DNA of 64,000 bases from Nageia nagi (Eukaryota > Plantae > Pinophyta). The stretch spans positions 151,280,001 to 151,344,000 of the forward strand of contig JBITNC010000001.1 in NCBI GenBank assembly GCA_050084985.1, in the 5' to 3' direction. Under the pieces are notes generated by a model. It worked only from the letters and a program-made list of their open reading frames with translations, was not told the DNA's origin and made no database searches. A program made the position numbers and the translations under genes. Shown here piece by piece: positions 36,651 to 49,854 of the stretch (position 1 is the stretch's first letter; each line of letters begins with the position of its first letter).

Positions 36651-39099
36651 GTCACACGTTATGAAGGTAATTGGTAGTAACATCTGTTTCCAGACATTAC
36701 TCCCTGAAAGGGATGAGGAATGCTCCTTGCTCCTAAAATTGACAATTATCCTCGACCGCCAAGCACATCAACTTTTCTCCTGTCTGATCATAAGGTACTG
36801 ATTTAGTGGGAGGGACTCCAACTAGAAGATGCGATTTGAGTATTAGTTCAAGACCTCCAGAAATAGTTTCCTGAATACAAGTAGTAGCACCATTTTAGCC
36901 CACATATCATCAGCATTCTAAGGGTATATGCTAGGGAACACATGTCATTAGCTATTGTAAGGGAATATTACGGGTACACATGTCATAGCTATTTAAAGGA
37001 AATATATAAGGGAATAGGTGTAAAAGAATAAATGGGTAAAGGAATAGAGAGAGATGTAAGGAAATGTGTGTAAAGAAATGCTTGTAAAGGATTAAGCTAC
37101 ATAAGATATTTCCATCATGAAAGACCATGTATGTAAAGCTAAGAATCTTAGCATGTAAATTGCATTTGACCTTGCTCATTGGGAGGTTACCTCCTCCAAG
37201 AGGCCTGCGATAATACAAATGAAGTGCACATTGCAATCATTGTATCATTTATTATGTTCAGTTTTCTTCTTATTCAATCTGTTATTTATGGTATTCTGAT
37301 TAACTGTCTTCATTTTTTTGTGCAAGAATCGTTTTCACTGCTGAATTCAATGTCTGTGCAGATTCATGTCATAACCTTCCAAGGCAAATATATCAATCGA
37401 TGGCCCTAACTCCCTAGATTGTCCTGGTTTAGGAATTAAGGATTACTAATTTTGTAGGTTCATACCATGCGAGTTCATGAAATAGAGAGATAAACTCGTT
37501 GTCATTTTGTTTTATTGTAACAGGTGGGTATTGCATATATACATTAGTCATTTGGGGTTTGTGTTGGTTGCAAATGGTTGGTGTTACCTTCATAGCTGAC
37601 CATCACCACTTACTGATTGTATGTTATAAAACTACATACTTCATAACATCCGTACATTATACCCTGCTTATCCCTAACATTTCGTTTCCACTCATCCCCA
37701 CACACAGGAATACACATGGGGATGTGTCCTCAAGCATTTTGGGAGATGGGAATTTGTGAAACCTTGACGTACGGGAAGCAAACAATGATGAGAAGAGTCA
37801 ATTTGCAATTGCTATTCATTGCTACTCAGGAAATAAAGTGAAAATCATCATATGATTGCATGGGGCTAATAGGTTACTGTTCAACTCATGTCAACACATA
37901 ATTCATGACCTTAACATATACGTTCTTTATGCCAAAAATCCATTGGTATACATAAAGTGAACCCATTGGTTTGACGGGCCATACAAGGTCCATAGTCAGA
38001 ATGTTGACATTACGTTCATGAAATTTAAAACTTAAGTAGCTTTTCGGGATTGCCTATCTGTATAGATTATATTCTAGTAAGACTTCCTATGGGTTTTGTC
38101 CTTTTATGCACAAACCCATCTATTAATCTTACGACACAGTTATTAGCTCTTTATTTTATATCCTATGGGTTTAAGTTATTAGCAATTATTTTATGCCCTA
38201 GTTCATTATCTTCTAGCAAATTAACATTTTATATATGCCCTTCTATACTGCAAAAAAAGGGGCGAAGCCCAGGCTGCATGCAAATCAGAAATAAAGGCAA
38301 GCCTATATGATTATACTTCGCCCAGATTATGGAAATGATCAACGATCACCAATTCAAAATAACTATTGACACTGTTTTTGTCCCAATTTACCATCAGATT
38401 ACTTATTAGGATGCCTTAAAAGATTTTCAGATATTGACAAACAAACTCTATAAAACATAGGTGATTGATTGATGATGAGACTTAGTGTACTCTTGTGTCC
38501 ATGCCACATGAGTATGCAGCAGACCCATATAGGTTAAATAACTGGGTATATGACGAACAATTCGTTACATAGTTTTGCCTTCAGTGCATCGACATGCATG
38601 ACTGGCTTCTCAATTAGAAATGCAGAATCTTACATTTTCTTCGATTGTTGCTTGACATTATGGATTGCCAATTTTATGCTTAGGAAATCATTATCTAGAA
38701 AATACGGGGTTTCTGTTTTGCAAATGATGTTAATACAAATGATTACTATCCAAAGGTAATTATAGAGACCTATATGAGTAGATGGAGATCTCCTTGCTAT
38801 GTTTAAATGAGGTAGAAACTGTTGCATATTGCAGAGACTGTGATCTTGTAGTAAGGAGGGCCTACCTTTATCCTTAAAAGTAGTTTTGATGATGAAAATT
38901 CTGAGGGAAATTTTAACTTGTTGAAGGAGTAAAGAATATCATAATGAGGACAAAGTAACATTCTAATTGATGGAGATGGCTGCTGTACCTTGTAGTGTGA
39001 ACCTCTTAGTCAGAACCAGATTTGCAGGGCACCTTGTACATTGCACTTGCTTCTGTTGCTACTTTGCAGTTTGACTAAGGGAACTTAGTTTCAACATTC

Positions 39100-42000
39100 A
39101 CCATGGACATTGGGGCAAGGGAACTACAAATGAAGAGAAAACATCCACATATTAGAAAATCTTAAATCCAGGAGCGTCTTCTAGGAAAGTGAATGGCATT
39201 AGCAATTAAATTAGTAATCATGTAGATTGTGGAGATAAAATGAATAGACTTACTTCTCTGTTGACGAGGACTGAGAAGGACAAGGAGAAAGGGGGATGTG
39301 CAAGTTCTGTTGGAAGAGGAACTATTCTATGTAGAAGAAATATTATCTAAACAGATAGAGGTGATTGTGAAGAGTCCACTATTAATTTCTCATAATTTTT
39401 GGCAAAGTAAAAAGAAATCTAGTTTAGCTTAATTAACAGATCTTCCTTTGATGGCAATCTCCGTGCCTAATAAAACTCGACGTATATATAAGTTTGTCAA
39501 AAGAATGTTGTAATATCCCCAAGATATTCTCATTCACAAATTAGCCAAGTTAATATCAAAACAAAGTCATGCAATGGTCCTAGGTATGCCACGAATCATA
39601 CTAGGGCACAAACATACAAAATATCAATCCAGGATTGCCAATGTCTCACTAGATAAGCACAAAAGCCACACAAATGCTCAACGTCATACACCAAGGCTCA
39701 TATATTATGCCAAATACATCCAGATATGCCAACGTTGCATTACACAAGTATAAATATACAAAATAGCAATGTGGGGAATATAGAAGCATGAACATCACAC
39801 AATGAGACTATTATTGAGATTCAAAGTGCCCACAACTGTATTAATAATGAAAGCAGTGAATGATACAATACCAGGCCCAAAGGGCTTAGTGTTGGCCTCC
39901 AAGGAGCCAACTAGGGCACATGTAATGCTGAGATAGATGCTGAAATTGGGGTAGAACAAACACCTCTTACTAGTTTTGTGGATGCCTCACCGAAGGTTCC
40001 CTCACATACTAGCTCCCGACAAAGAGAACGCCACCAGATGGATTCAAAGATGAAGACCGCTGGTGGATGCCTCAGGGTAGGGCAGCCTCACTCGCATGAA
40101 CAACATCTCAATTGTGTAAGACAAAAGGTTTCCTATGCCTCTTGTGGTCTCCTTGTGCGCTGCGCTTAAGGGTGCTTGACACCGCCAAGACTTTGGTAGT
40201 TCCGAAGACAAAGGTTTCAATATCAAGTTCAGTCTATCTCAGATATGAGGCTCCTTAGCCTTATGTAGCTCATCACTGGATCTGGATCTTAGCTCAAAGT
40301 CATCACCCAATCTCTTGTCTCAACGTTGGCTTCCTAGAAGCCCCACAAAGCCCAACGAAGATGCTTGGGGTTTAAGCAAGGCCCAACGTGGGTATCTGGA
40401 CCATCCTCATGCTGAACGTGGGTGCTTGGAAGTCACTCATGCCATGTGGGGGTCCAGGAAAGCATGCATGGGTGTCTTGGGATCATAATGAGCCAACGTG
40501 GGATCTGGAATGCATGCGTGGGTGTCTAGGAGTCATCATGGGCCAACGTGGGGGTTTAGGAGTCTCCCCAAGGTTGGTGCATGTGTACAAGTGCTCCCAA
40601 ATCCAACGTTGGGGCAAATCCATGCTCTAGTGTCATCTAGGTGCTAAAAAGGATTTGGGATTCCCACAGTCATCTTTAGGATCTCCAAGTGTATTAAATG
40701 ACAAATAAAATAACATATTCTAGCTTGGGAGGAAAATTTCCCTCATGGGGCTCACAAGTGGGTCCAATGGACCTTTATAATTCTATCCCAAGGAATTAAC
40801 AATAATTTTGTAAGAAAGTAAATATTTACAAAAAAGGAATCCTTAGGATTCCAAAATTAATAATTTTTTACAAAAAGGGGATGTTACAAATGTTGAAACT
40901 TGAAAGTCACATCTGCTATCCCTGATGTTAGGATTCCTAGAGGCCTATTGATAGAATAGGAACATTGTTTATGGATAGATTCATAACCATAAGAGGGTTA
41001 GCAGCTTCAAATGGCTGCTGATTTGTGCAATGCAAAGTTGATACAATTGGGAAAGAAAATTAAATTTTAAAAACAATTATACATTGATCAGCTGATTTGA
41101 AGAGGAATTTTCAAGCTTTTCACGAGTTTAATCTTGAGGAAGATGAAGAAGTTTATTGTCAGGTATGGAATATGTTCGTTCATTACAATGTGTTTAAAAA
41201 AATATCGTTTTCACCTTGCTTCTAACGTAATAGTATAGGGTCACACAAAGTTTTGAAGAATCGATTTTGCAAATGAATTTCTTATTAAATCTTTTTTATG
41301 TCAATAATGATGGAAACTTGCCAGTGCTTGGAATTTCTGTAGTCCTTGACAAAACATAGTACCATACTCTTATGGGGAAATGGTCAAGCTAGAGCATGCC
41401 ATGCTCATTGTAAACAATTTTGTAAGCAGGACTAGGATTATTGCCTTGATTAACCATGTTTTGAAATTGATGAATGCAATCAAGTTGATGGGCAACCTTA
41501 TGTTGACAGAAAATGGTCATTGATCAAGTTCAGTACTTGGTAGGGATGATTCTAATTTACTAATTAAGATGAAATTAGAAGCAGGGGCTGAATGGATAAA
41601 GAATTGTTGAAGTAACTTCAGTGTTTTTTTTTTTAAAATGTCTTTCAATTACTAGGCGGAAATGGATATAGCAATTCTTGTTGATGGAATGCTTGAAGAA
41701 ATGATTGCTTCTTTGTCTACCTCGCAATCATCAAGGACATGCTACCTCACTAGAGAAAAGAATATTCTATAATGGTCAGGGTTTATTAAACAGAACTATT
41801 CGTACTAATACCTGTTATAAAAAAAATTAACTAGAGAGAATCAATTCTTTCCATCTAGGTATGCCCAACAATATTTTCTGTAGGGTTTTTAAGTCCTTCC
41901 TTTTTCGTTCATGTTTAAACACTTAGCTATATTCAAGTGTGCATGGACTGTGTTTCTATAGATTGGCTGTTACCTGAGCTTCTAGTGATGTGAGGCACTC

Positions 42001-42720
42001 TAGGTTATTGCATTTGATTTTCCATCTGTGGGATACATTGTTGACTAATTCTGGTGACAATTTCCAAGCCGTAATTTAGAACCTTCCTGGTTGCTCTTTC
42101 AGAATTTTAATGATATTATGATTATCATATTACAATGTGCTTTTGATGATTTTCAAATGAATCGGATGTCACAGTTTTTCATACATTTATGGTTTGGTTG
42201 CACTGAATGAAACCAGAATTCTTAGTCTGATTCACCAGAATTCTTAGTCTGATTCACACCTGAAATCCATTTTCAATCGACATCAGAGAACATTTTGTTT
42301 GCAACTTCTGTGTTATATTGCTATTTTCAGAGAATAGGTATAGCTTGGATGTTCAGTCTGCTGTGTTCATGTGGTTATTCTGTCCATAAACAGTAGTTTT
42401 AAAGAAAAATGTCAAATAGTGGTTTGCACATGACAAATATTCTGGTCAAAAATTGTGCAGAAGTTGAAGTAGCTGTGAATCTCAGCTGTTTTCTACAATG
42501 AGTCTGTAATCTGCTTGAGGGATAAGTTATGTGGTTGCAGAGAGCTGAAAGCATATTGCATGATTGAAGTTGTGGAGGTATATTCTGGAGGCATGAATGT
42601 TGTCACTTGAAGCAGCCTTGGGTTTGCCTTGGAAACATTTGAGTGCCATAATCCAAATCTCAAGGTTATTAGGGGACAGCTTTATCTTTGTTTGCAACAT
42701 GGTTAATATTGAAGACCCTT
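39100..42720 (+). mobile_element. Very degenerate L1-like LINE remnant (host of the solo LTR)
   Basis: Only scattered weak motifs (MDRF ~40970, IAILVDG ~41665, RNase H-like tail ~42590-42680); boundaries uncertain. Confidence 0.35.
39509..40888 (-). mobile_element. Solo LTR (1380 bp) of the same family as the 18680-25735 chromovirus, inverted
   Basis: TG...CA ends, perfect TSD AATGT (39504-39508/40889-40893); reverse complement aligns along the 24376-25735 LTR. Confidence 0.95.
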
Positions 42721-43058
42721 GAGTGATTTGTTGGGAGAATGTTGTTTGCTTTACTTAAGTTATATAATATATCATGTGTGAATATATATAATATTTTTAG
42801 TTCTTTCAAGTTACCTATCTCACATTAACATAAGTTGCACATAAATTCAGTCCAACCTGTATCTATTTTAAAAACCATATCCAATTACTTTTTTTTGCAA
42901 GCAATTTGGGTAGTTATTCACATTTGAGTTATCCTTCTACCTATTTCTCAGTGGCAAGCCCAAATATACTATTGCATCTGTAGGTAAAAGGAAACTAACC
43001 TCAATACTTTTATCTGATTTCTCTAATCATTGACGTTTTTGGTTTTTTTTATTAACAG

Positions 43059-43118
43059 GTTAAAGCTGTGGAACAAGAAATGGATCCTGAAGAGGAAGCA
43101 ACAGCAACAACCGGCTAG
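43059..43118 (+). CDS. NFU4: NFU4-like terminal coding exon
   Basis: T-rich tract plus CAG acceptor at 43056-43058, phase 0. Translates VKAVEQEMDPEEEATATTG*, matching the VKxVEQE acidic tail of plant NFU4/5; implies a 28,134-bp last intron. Confidence 0.88.
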   Translation, partial: VKAVEQEMDPEEEATATTG

Positions 43119-43180
43119 ATGAATAATGCTATGCTTGTGAAACAGTATTGACTACCTTATATAGTAAACATCTATAATAT

Positions 43181-43259
43181 AATTGCATTGTATATCTTGT
43201 AATCTTCTTGATTATAAGGTCAATTGCATTGTATATCTCGTAATCTTCTTGATTATAAG
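43181..43259. repeat. 38-bp near-perfect tandem duplication (period 41) in the putative NFU 3' UTR
   Basis: aattgcattgtatatct(t/c)gtaatcttcttgattataag twice. Confidence 0.9.
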
Positions 43260-43844
43260 ATTTTTCTTTTTTAATTTATTCAATGTAATGTATGATTTTT
43301 GCAATATTCTTTTAGGGCAAAAGCACTTTCCATTGATTGCATTTTTTTTTTTTTTTTTGATAAGTTGGGAAGGTGGGATTTTGAAATGATCCCAAACATT
43401 TTACATTTATATATGTTATATGCTTGAAGCTCAGTTATATTTCTGAAACCCATAAAAGTTTTTCATAATTAGCCTATTAAAACTAGCTAGGTACTTTCTA
43501 TATTAAAAAATGAGAAGATTATCCTCCGGCCAAATTCACGTATATACGTCCAAGGTATATGTGCAACCCTGCCATCAGTCCATCGTACAGTTTGCCATTG
43601 TCCTAGCGCTTGTCTATATACGCCCAACATTTATAGGATATATGCTCAAGGTATATTGTTCACTAAGGATGTCCAAGGTATATTGTTTAGAATATTCAAA
43701 ATTTAAAATTTTCGGTACATGTTTTCGACTTGATATATTGGTTAACGCATTGCACCCAAAAAAATGGTGACTCATGTTTGAATCTCGTTTAGGTCTTTTG
43801 CATCAACACTGAGAAATTTTTGGGTTCATGTTTTTGCATGTTTT

Positions 43845-43990
43845 TAACCTGATATATGCTCCAAATTAATGCATTAAATTGATATACGTCTAGAATTTAT
43901 GCATTCAATTGATATACATTCAAAATATATGCATTCAATTGATATACACCTAGAATATATGCATAAACTTGATATACACCCATAATATAT
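43845..43990. repeat. 30-bp tandem repeat, ~5 copies
   Basis: Unit ~ tgcattcaattgatatacacctagaatata. Confidence 0.9.
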
Positions 43991-44199
43991 CTACCACCAC
44001 CACCACATCTTTGCTCCGCTTGCTTGTAGATATACTTTGGACATATATATGTGAATTTGGTTGAATGATAGATTTCTCCATTAAAAAACATTAACGAAAC
44101 ATCTAGAGTTAGAGTTTCACTTCCACCATGTGTTGGGCTCATAGTTGCTCAAAACAATATGCAATCTCCATTAGGTTCCTTAGAACCCCGTGACTCTTA

Positions 44200-45230
44200 C
44201 TTAGTATTTGCTCCTTTTGCTTTCATGTCTCCATGCCCATTTTCTCTAGGGCGGTCTTCTTTGGTGCTTGGCTTTTCGCCTCTTGGAGGGATTCTAAATT
44301 TCTAAGAACTCTTTCTCTTTCTTGACTCCTTTTCTTTGTTGCCTTCTTACCCATCTTAGTTTCTAAAGAAGGGTGCAAATATTCCTTCTCATAAGATTGT
44401 TTCTCCGATTCCTAAGATAGGTCTTTATATGATTTCACCTTCTTGATGCTGAATTTGTATATGTTGGTTTGGTTTTTGGAGTCCTTTATTGCTTTGATTT
44501 CCTCATTCCCTTGGTTACTTGTCTTTTTCTCTTGTGGGATCTCCTTTACAGCCTTCGGTGCCTAGCTCCAACTTTGGCTCCAGGCCAACTACCTTGCACC
44601 TTCTTCATCTACCCTTCTTTTTGCATGACATGTCAAAGGATAAGCAAAAACAAACCTTGACGGAGCGCATATTTCATCCTCCCACTCCTAACTAACTCCA
44701 CTACTCTTTCAAGTTCATAAACCACAAAGTTTGGTAAATTGATGTTCTTTCCTCTATGCATGTGATTGAGAACGGCAAATTGATACCCATAGAATCTTGT
44801 TAGGTTGACATCTAACATCAAATAGTTCATAACTCAAAACTCCCTCTTGCTCACGTCTTGACTTGTCTCCATTATGAAAAAAGAGAGTTAGCTTTGATGC
44901 CAGGGGTGCTTCTCTCTTTGAATCTTCTTGTCAAGATAAGGGAGGCTTCTAATTTCCACCATCAAGCTCTTTGCAATCTTAAATTCTCACCCATAGACCT
45001 TTATTTTCCTTGCATTTCAGCTTGAGACCATATGGTTTGTGATTGCTAGATCAAATCTAAACTCATGAGCTTCCACAACTCAACGTTTTGGAACCATAAT
45101 TTCACGTCCTTTACTATTATAATTTTAAGGCTCTAGTTCAAATTCTTAAAGGGAGGCCTTTTGTAATAAGGTCTAGGTCTATGAACACTTGTTCCTCAAA
45201 TCTAGATTTCTCCATTTTTGTTCTACCCAT
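44200..45230 (-). pseudogene. Decayed retrotransposon accessory ORF homologous to the one at 8417-9200
   Basis: NYLMLDVNLTRFYGYQFAVLNHMHRGKNINLPNFV…LRQGLFLLIL parallels FTLEGRY…RLLSHFHGNFEVYLPHFL…HQGLIKII; basic/charged tail follows. Confidence 0.55.
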
Positions 45231-45607
45231 CCTCTTCATTACTTCATTCATCAACACCCATAATTTTGCCCAAAGGTGGCTAGAGCCATTTGGATATATA
45301 GGTTCCATAGTTCACATATAAGGCATTGTAAGTCCTCTCCAATGGATTTGACATCCTAATTTGGATTGTCATTGAGTGTAATTTTACCTTGCATTCTTGT
45401 CTTGCTCCATCCGCATCCTAGCTTACTACGCATGATTTTCCTCGTGACTCAACTTGCTACCCTTTATGGCCCCTCATGTTGCGATGAGTTGACATACCCC
45501 AATTCCTCTCTTTGGATATGTGAAGAAACTATCAACCTGATCTGACATATCCTTCTATTTGCATCTGTTGTTACTACCATATTCTATAGTTTAATTTTGT
45601 CAAGTTA

Positions 45608-45627
45608 ATATATATATATATATATAT
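45608..45627. repeat. (AT)n microsatellite
   Basis: About 10 AT units read directly. Confidence 0.9.
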
Positions 45628-48599
45628 TATTTCTCAATGAAATATATCAAACACATTGTCCAGAGATGAACTTTAAAAGGTTTTGATATTTGTTTCTTGC
45701 TTTATTTTCATATATATAAGTTATATGATATAAATGCAATAATATAGTTCCTTTGGCTTAGGTTCAAATCTTTAGCTCTTCACATTTTACTAAAGAGTTA
45801 TTTAAATAGAATATTACATAAACATCTTAATCATTTGGTTATTGCACATGAAACTATTGTGTTAGGTGTATGAATCATAGGTTTGAACTATAATGTAACA
45901 ACTTAAATATATTTTATAATTCAATCAACTTCAATGGTGCAAAGAACTTGGATAATATAGAAAATATTGATGGGATAGTAATAATGCACTACTTTGGCAC
46001 CTTCTAAGCCGACTGGCCAACAAGGATGGTCTCAACCTCCGTCTCCACAATAAGCTGCAGGATGGGGTGATAAAGATGAAAGCCCGCCAAGGGCTAATAA
46101 GGGTTGAGACCTTCGCCCTCTGCCATCTAATGAATGGAGTCACATGGTTGCTGTTGATGTGCCCCCCTACGGGCTCTCCTCATGAGACAAATGCATAATT
46201 TGCTTTATTTTCTCAATGTTTAGTTTGATTGTTACCTTTTTGTCTTGACTTTTGAATAAGTTAATATGATTGGGTTTGTCTAACCTGGGATTAGGGTTAG
46301 TGCACAACTTTTTGGGGGCTGCTCTCTACCACCTGCAAGTTTCCTTTGGTTGTAATTTTTTTTTTTTTAACTTTAATAGAAGAACTTTTCATTAAAAAAT
46401 TAAAAAAAATATTGATTGATGGGAAATTTATATGAATATAAATAATGTGAGTTCAATTAAAATATTTGGAGTATTACTTTTAAATTTGAAATTAGTGTTT
46501 GCAGTTGATCAAAAAACATTTATGAAGATTATATATATATAGTGCTTTCAATATGCAAGAGAAGTAAATAAAAAATAGTATGAAATACAATAGGCTTTTA
46601 AAAAAAAAAAAAATTATGACGATGTCTACAAATGGAGAGTCAAGGGTTCCTCTAGCATTTAAGGTTAGAAAGAAGCTCATGATGTTGCAATTAAAGGAAT
46701 AATATTAGTGGGTTTAGTAGTAATGAATTGATGAGTAATCCTTCCATAGTTTTCAAGGATCACGTAATGTTTTCAATTTGTAGTTTCTTGCAACTGTAAA
46801 TAAAATGTGATAAGTTTGAAATTTGTTGTGTTGCAAAATCTATCGACAATATCTTTATGTTTGTGAGGGTGGCTTCTCTAATATAAAGTGGGATGCATTT
46901 TTGGTCTTCGTAATTCATCTATGATTTCAATATGCGGGCACCTTTGAATAAATAATGTAATCAACCTCAATTTTCATAGTAGACAAGGCATATGAATATG
47001 AAATGCTCTTCAATCTTTGGTTTTATGATGCATTGTTTGCATGTACATTGCCCTCTAGGGATATGGTCTATTTAGATACAGAGTTGGTGTGAGCAAATCC
47101 TTATATGGATTTGTTGTAAGAGGATTTGTTATTTTTGGAAAATATATAATGTTGAAATCCAATTTAAACCCTTATTATTACACCAACACCTTATATCATA
47201 TAAAATAATTTTGCAAGTATCAATTAGATATAGTTATAAAACAAACTATTTTGAAAAGTTGTATCCAAAGGTTTCTTGCAAGCATTATTGTTATGATGTA
47301 ATTATACAAAAAATAGAGTACTATGAACGAATGATGTCTTTTAACATCTTTTCAACTCAATGGTTCATAGGATTTGTCAAAATTTATCGAAGGATAAATA
47401 TATATCATTTAAATGAAGTATATTTAACAAAATTAAATCTCAATAAAATCATCAGAACTTGTTTTGGTTATCTTGGTTCAAGGATTCATGTATTAGGTTG
47501 TAATTACAAATATGATTGTAGGTTTGATGTTTTTGTAAAATGGGTAGATACGGAAAAAAATAAGACTAATCTTCAATGGCATTTAGGTTGCAAAAATTTA
47601 CAAATTATTTTACTTCATTGTGTTTTAAATACGATCTATCTATTGGCTTCACTATGCAATTTATGTTAATTCATTTTTAATTTTGTAATCATAAGTTTCT
47701 TTTTGAGACTAAAATCTTATATGGGTACGATGGATGTTCAAGTTCAAGGTTGATGATGTTTTTATAGTAGGCTAGTTTTCTTTTATTTTCGAAATTATCA
47801 TTGCTTTAAATTTTTCCAATTAGTTTATTTACAATTTGCAATTTTAATTTTTTATTATTTAAAAGGGTCATATTATTGTGTATTTTTCAAAAATCAAGCC
47901 ATGTGTTGGGGAAGTAAGTAAATATATATATCAATAACAATTGTCAAGCAAGTATAGTCTTGAATCGAGAAACAAATTATTGAAAGATTTAAGTTTCAAT
48001 TTTATTACATCAACATCCACACCATTATTACAATTTTCACTACTGCTTGTTAGGAAGTGACAATCAAGCAAAATTTCTTGTATTTTAAGAAGAATCATTA
48101 AAATGTTTACTATCATTAAATAATAATAATATAAGTTACATTTTTATGTTCTAAACATTAAAACAACCAAGAAACCAAGATATTTTTAGAATAGCAAATA
48201 TAATTAAACTTGAGACTAGGGTAAATTAAGACCCCTCTAAAATTGACATATAAAATCCTGGTGAACCTATTGGAAACCTAATTAGAAATGATGCCGAAAT
48301 TTTGAAAAACTATGTAAACTGGTAGGTGAATTTTATATAAATTTTGAAAAACAATGTAAAAAATTAGTGATGAATTTCCAAACTATTGGGCATACAATTT
48401 GTTGTCTTGTGGAGCCTCTTCAATTTTGTTTTACTTAGACCCACATTGATGGGTTTTAGAGCCCACCTTGGAAGGAGTTCAAGGGAAACACCCTCGAAGC
48501 CAAAAATACATGTATTTTTGTATATTAATATTCCATATTTAATCCTTTCCTAACAAAGTTTTTTGTAAATGATTCAACACCAAGCATTCTACAACCAGT

Positions 48600-49122
48600 T
48601 CGTCACCATATTGACTCCATATGTCATTGCAATTGGTCTGGTACCTTATACCCATGCAACTGGGTTAATGCATTATATCCATGCAACCAAGTATGGCACC
48701 ATATACACATTCAATCAGTTCCATACATTTTACACCTGCAATTGGTTCAACACCACATCAATATCATCTCTCATTACGATTGGTACATTACCATATACCC
48801 ATGCAACTGATTTGACATTGTATCTACACAACTATTTTGGTACCAAACATTTTGCAATCGATTTGACACCACATCGACTCCATGTCATTGCAACTGATCT
48901 GGTATCTTATATCCATGCAATCAGGATGACATATTATATCTATACAATCGATACGATACCATATACACATGCAACGAATTCAAAATATTTTACACAAGTA
49001 ACTGGTTCAGCACCACACCAATATCATCTCACATAGCAAACATTATAACATCATATACCTATGCAAACATTTCGATACCATATATGCACATGCCCGCACA
49101 CACGTACACACACACACACACC
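48600..49122. repeat. Degenerate ~30-bp tandem repeat organised in a ~262-bp higher-order duplication, ending in (CA)n
   Basis: Core CATATACCCATGCAAC recurs; 48612-48772 aligns with 48875-49033; (CA)n ~49095-49121. Confidence 0.8.
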
Positions 49123-49644
49123 CCAAAAAGCATTGGCTACAAAGGCCAATATATTTAAAAAATAGAAAAATACATATAAAGTTATTGTCTACTACTCCTA
49201 AATGTTTTTAAAAAACTTATACAATTTTGGCTTTAAGAAGGGAACAACTATGTGTTGTATTAGCCAAATAAAAAATCAGAAATCCTTAATTATAACCATG
49301 ATTAGCTAATTTGCCTACTAAGATTTTTCCTACTTGAGACTATCATCCATGGACTCCATTCCCAATAATAGAAACCAGAAGAGCCCAACTCCAAGAGGTC
49401 CAAGAAGAAGGCCTTGACAAAAAAGAGAATGAAAGGCTTTGTTGCTAGTAGGACGACACCTGAAGGTAGTTGGCTCAACCAATGGCCAGTACCAAGGAAA
49501 AGGGGGAGGATCATTCCTCCTAGGCATAATGAATTTCTTTCTATCTGTTTTTTGTATACTATTTATCTAACAATAATGCTTGCTAAATTACAATTAGATA
49601 CAACATAATCAGAAGAGGAGTCATGTCATACATGGTGTTGGAAG

Positions 49645-49854
49645 CATAGAATAAAAAAACTATGTTTAAACATGTATTTTCTATTTAAATGCATATTTTC
49701 AAGGGTCCTATATTTAACCATATTTTAAAAATACTTACCTTCTATAGTATTTTTGGCATTTTTCTCCATTTTTCTCATATTTTTCTATCGTATTTACCTT
49801 TTTTCGTATTTGGCCTTCAGTTGTATTTTCAAAAAATCGTATTTTTATTCTATG
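49645..49854. mobile_element. hAT-type MITE (210 bp)
   Basis: Perfect 13-bp TIRs CATAGAATAAAAA/TTTTTATTCTATG and perfect 8-bp TSD GTTGGAAG (49637-49644/49855-49862). Confidence 0.93.

Noticed and set aside
36917-37395. Small solo LTR
   Set aside because: LTR-like composition but no clean TG...CA ends or TSD could be fixed.
42212-42257. 22-bp perfect tandem duplication as a regulatory site
   Set aside because: Ordinary slippage or repair duplication within a decayed repeat.
45930-46410. LINE 3' end with polyA tail
   Set aside because: A-rich end present but no TSD or convincing protein motif.
47211-47669. 152-aa ORF
   Set aside because: TTG start, very AT-rich, no recognisable motifs.
48569-49036. 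155-aa ORF as a real gene
   Set aside because: It is the translation of a 30-bp tandem repeat with no domain signal.
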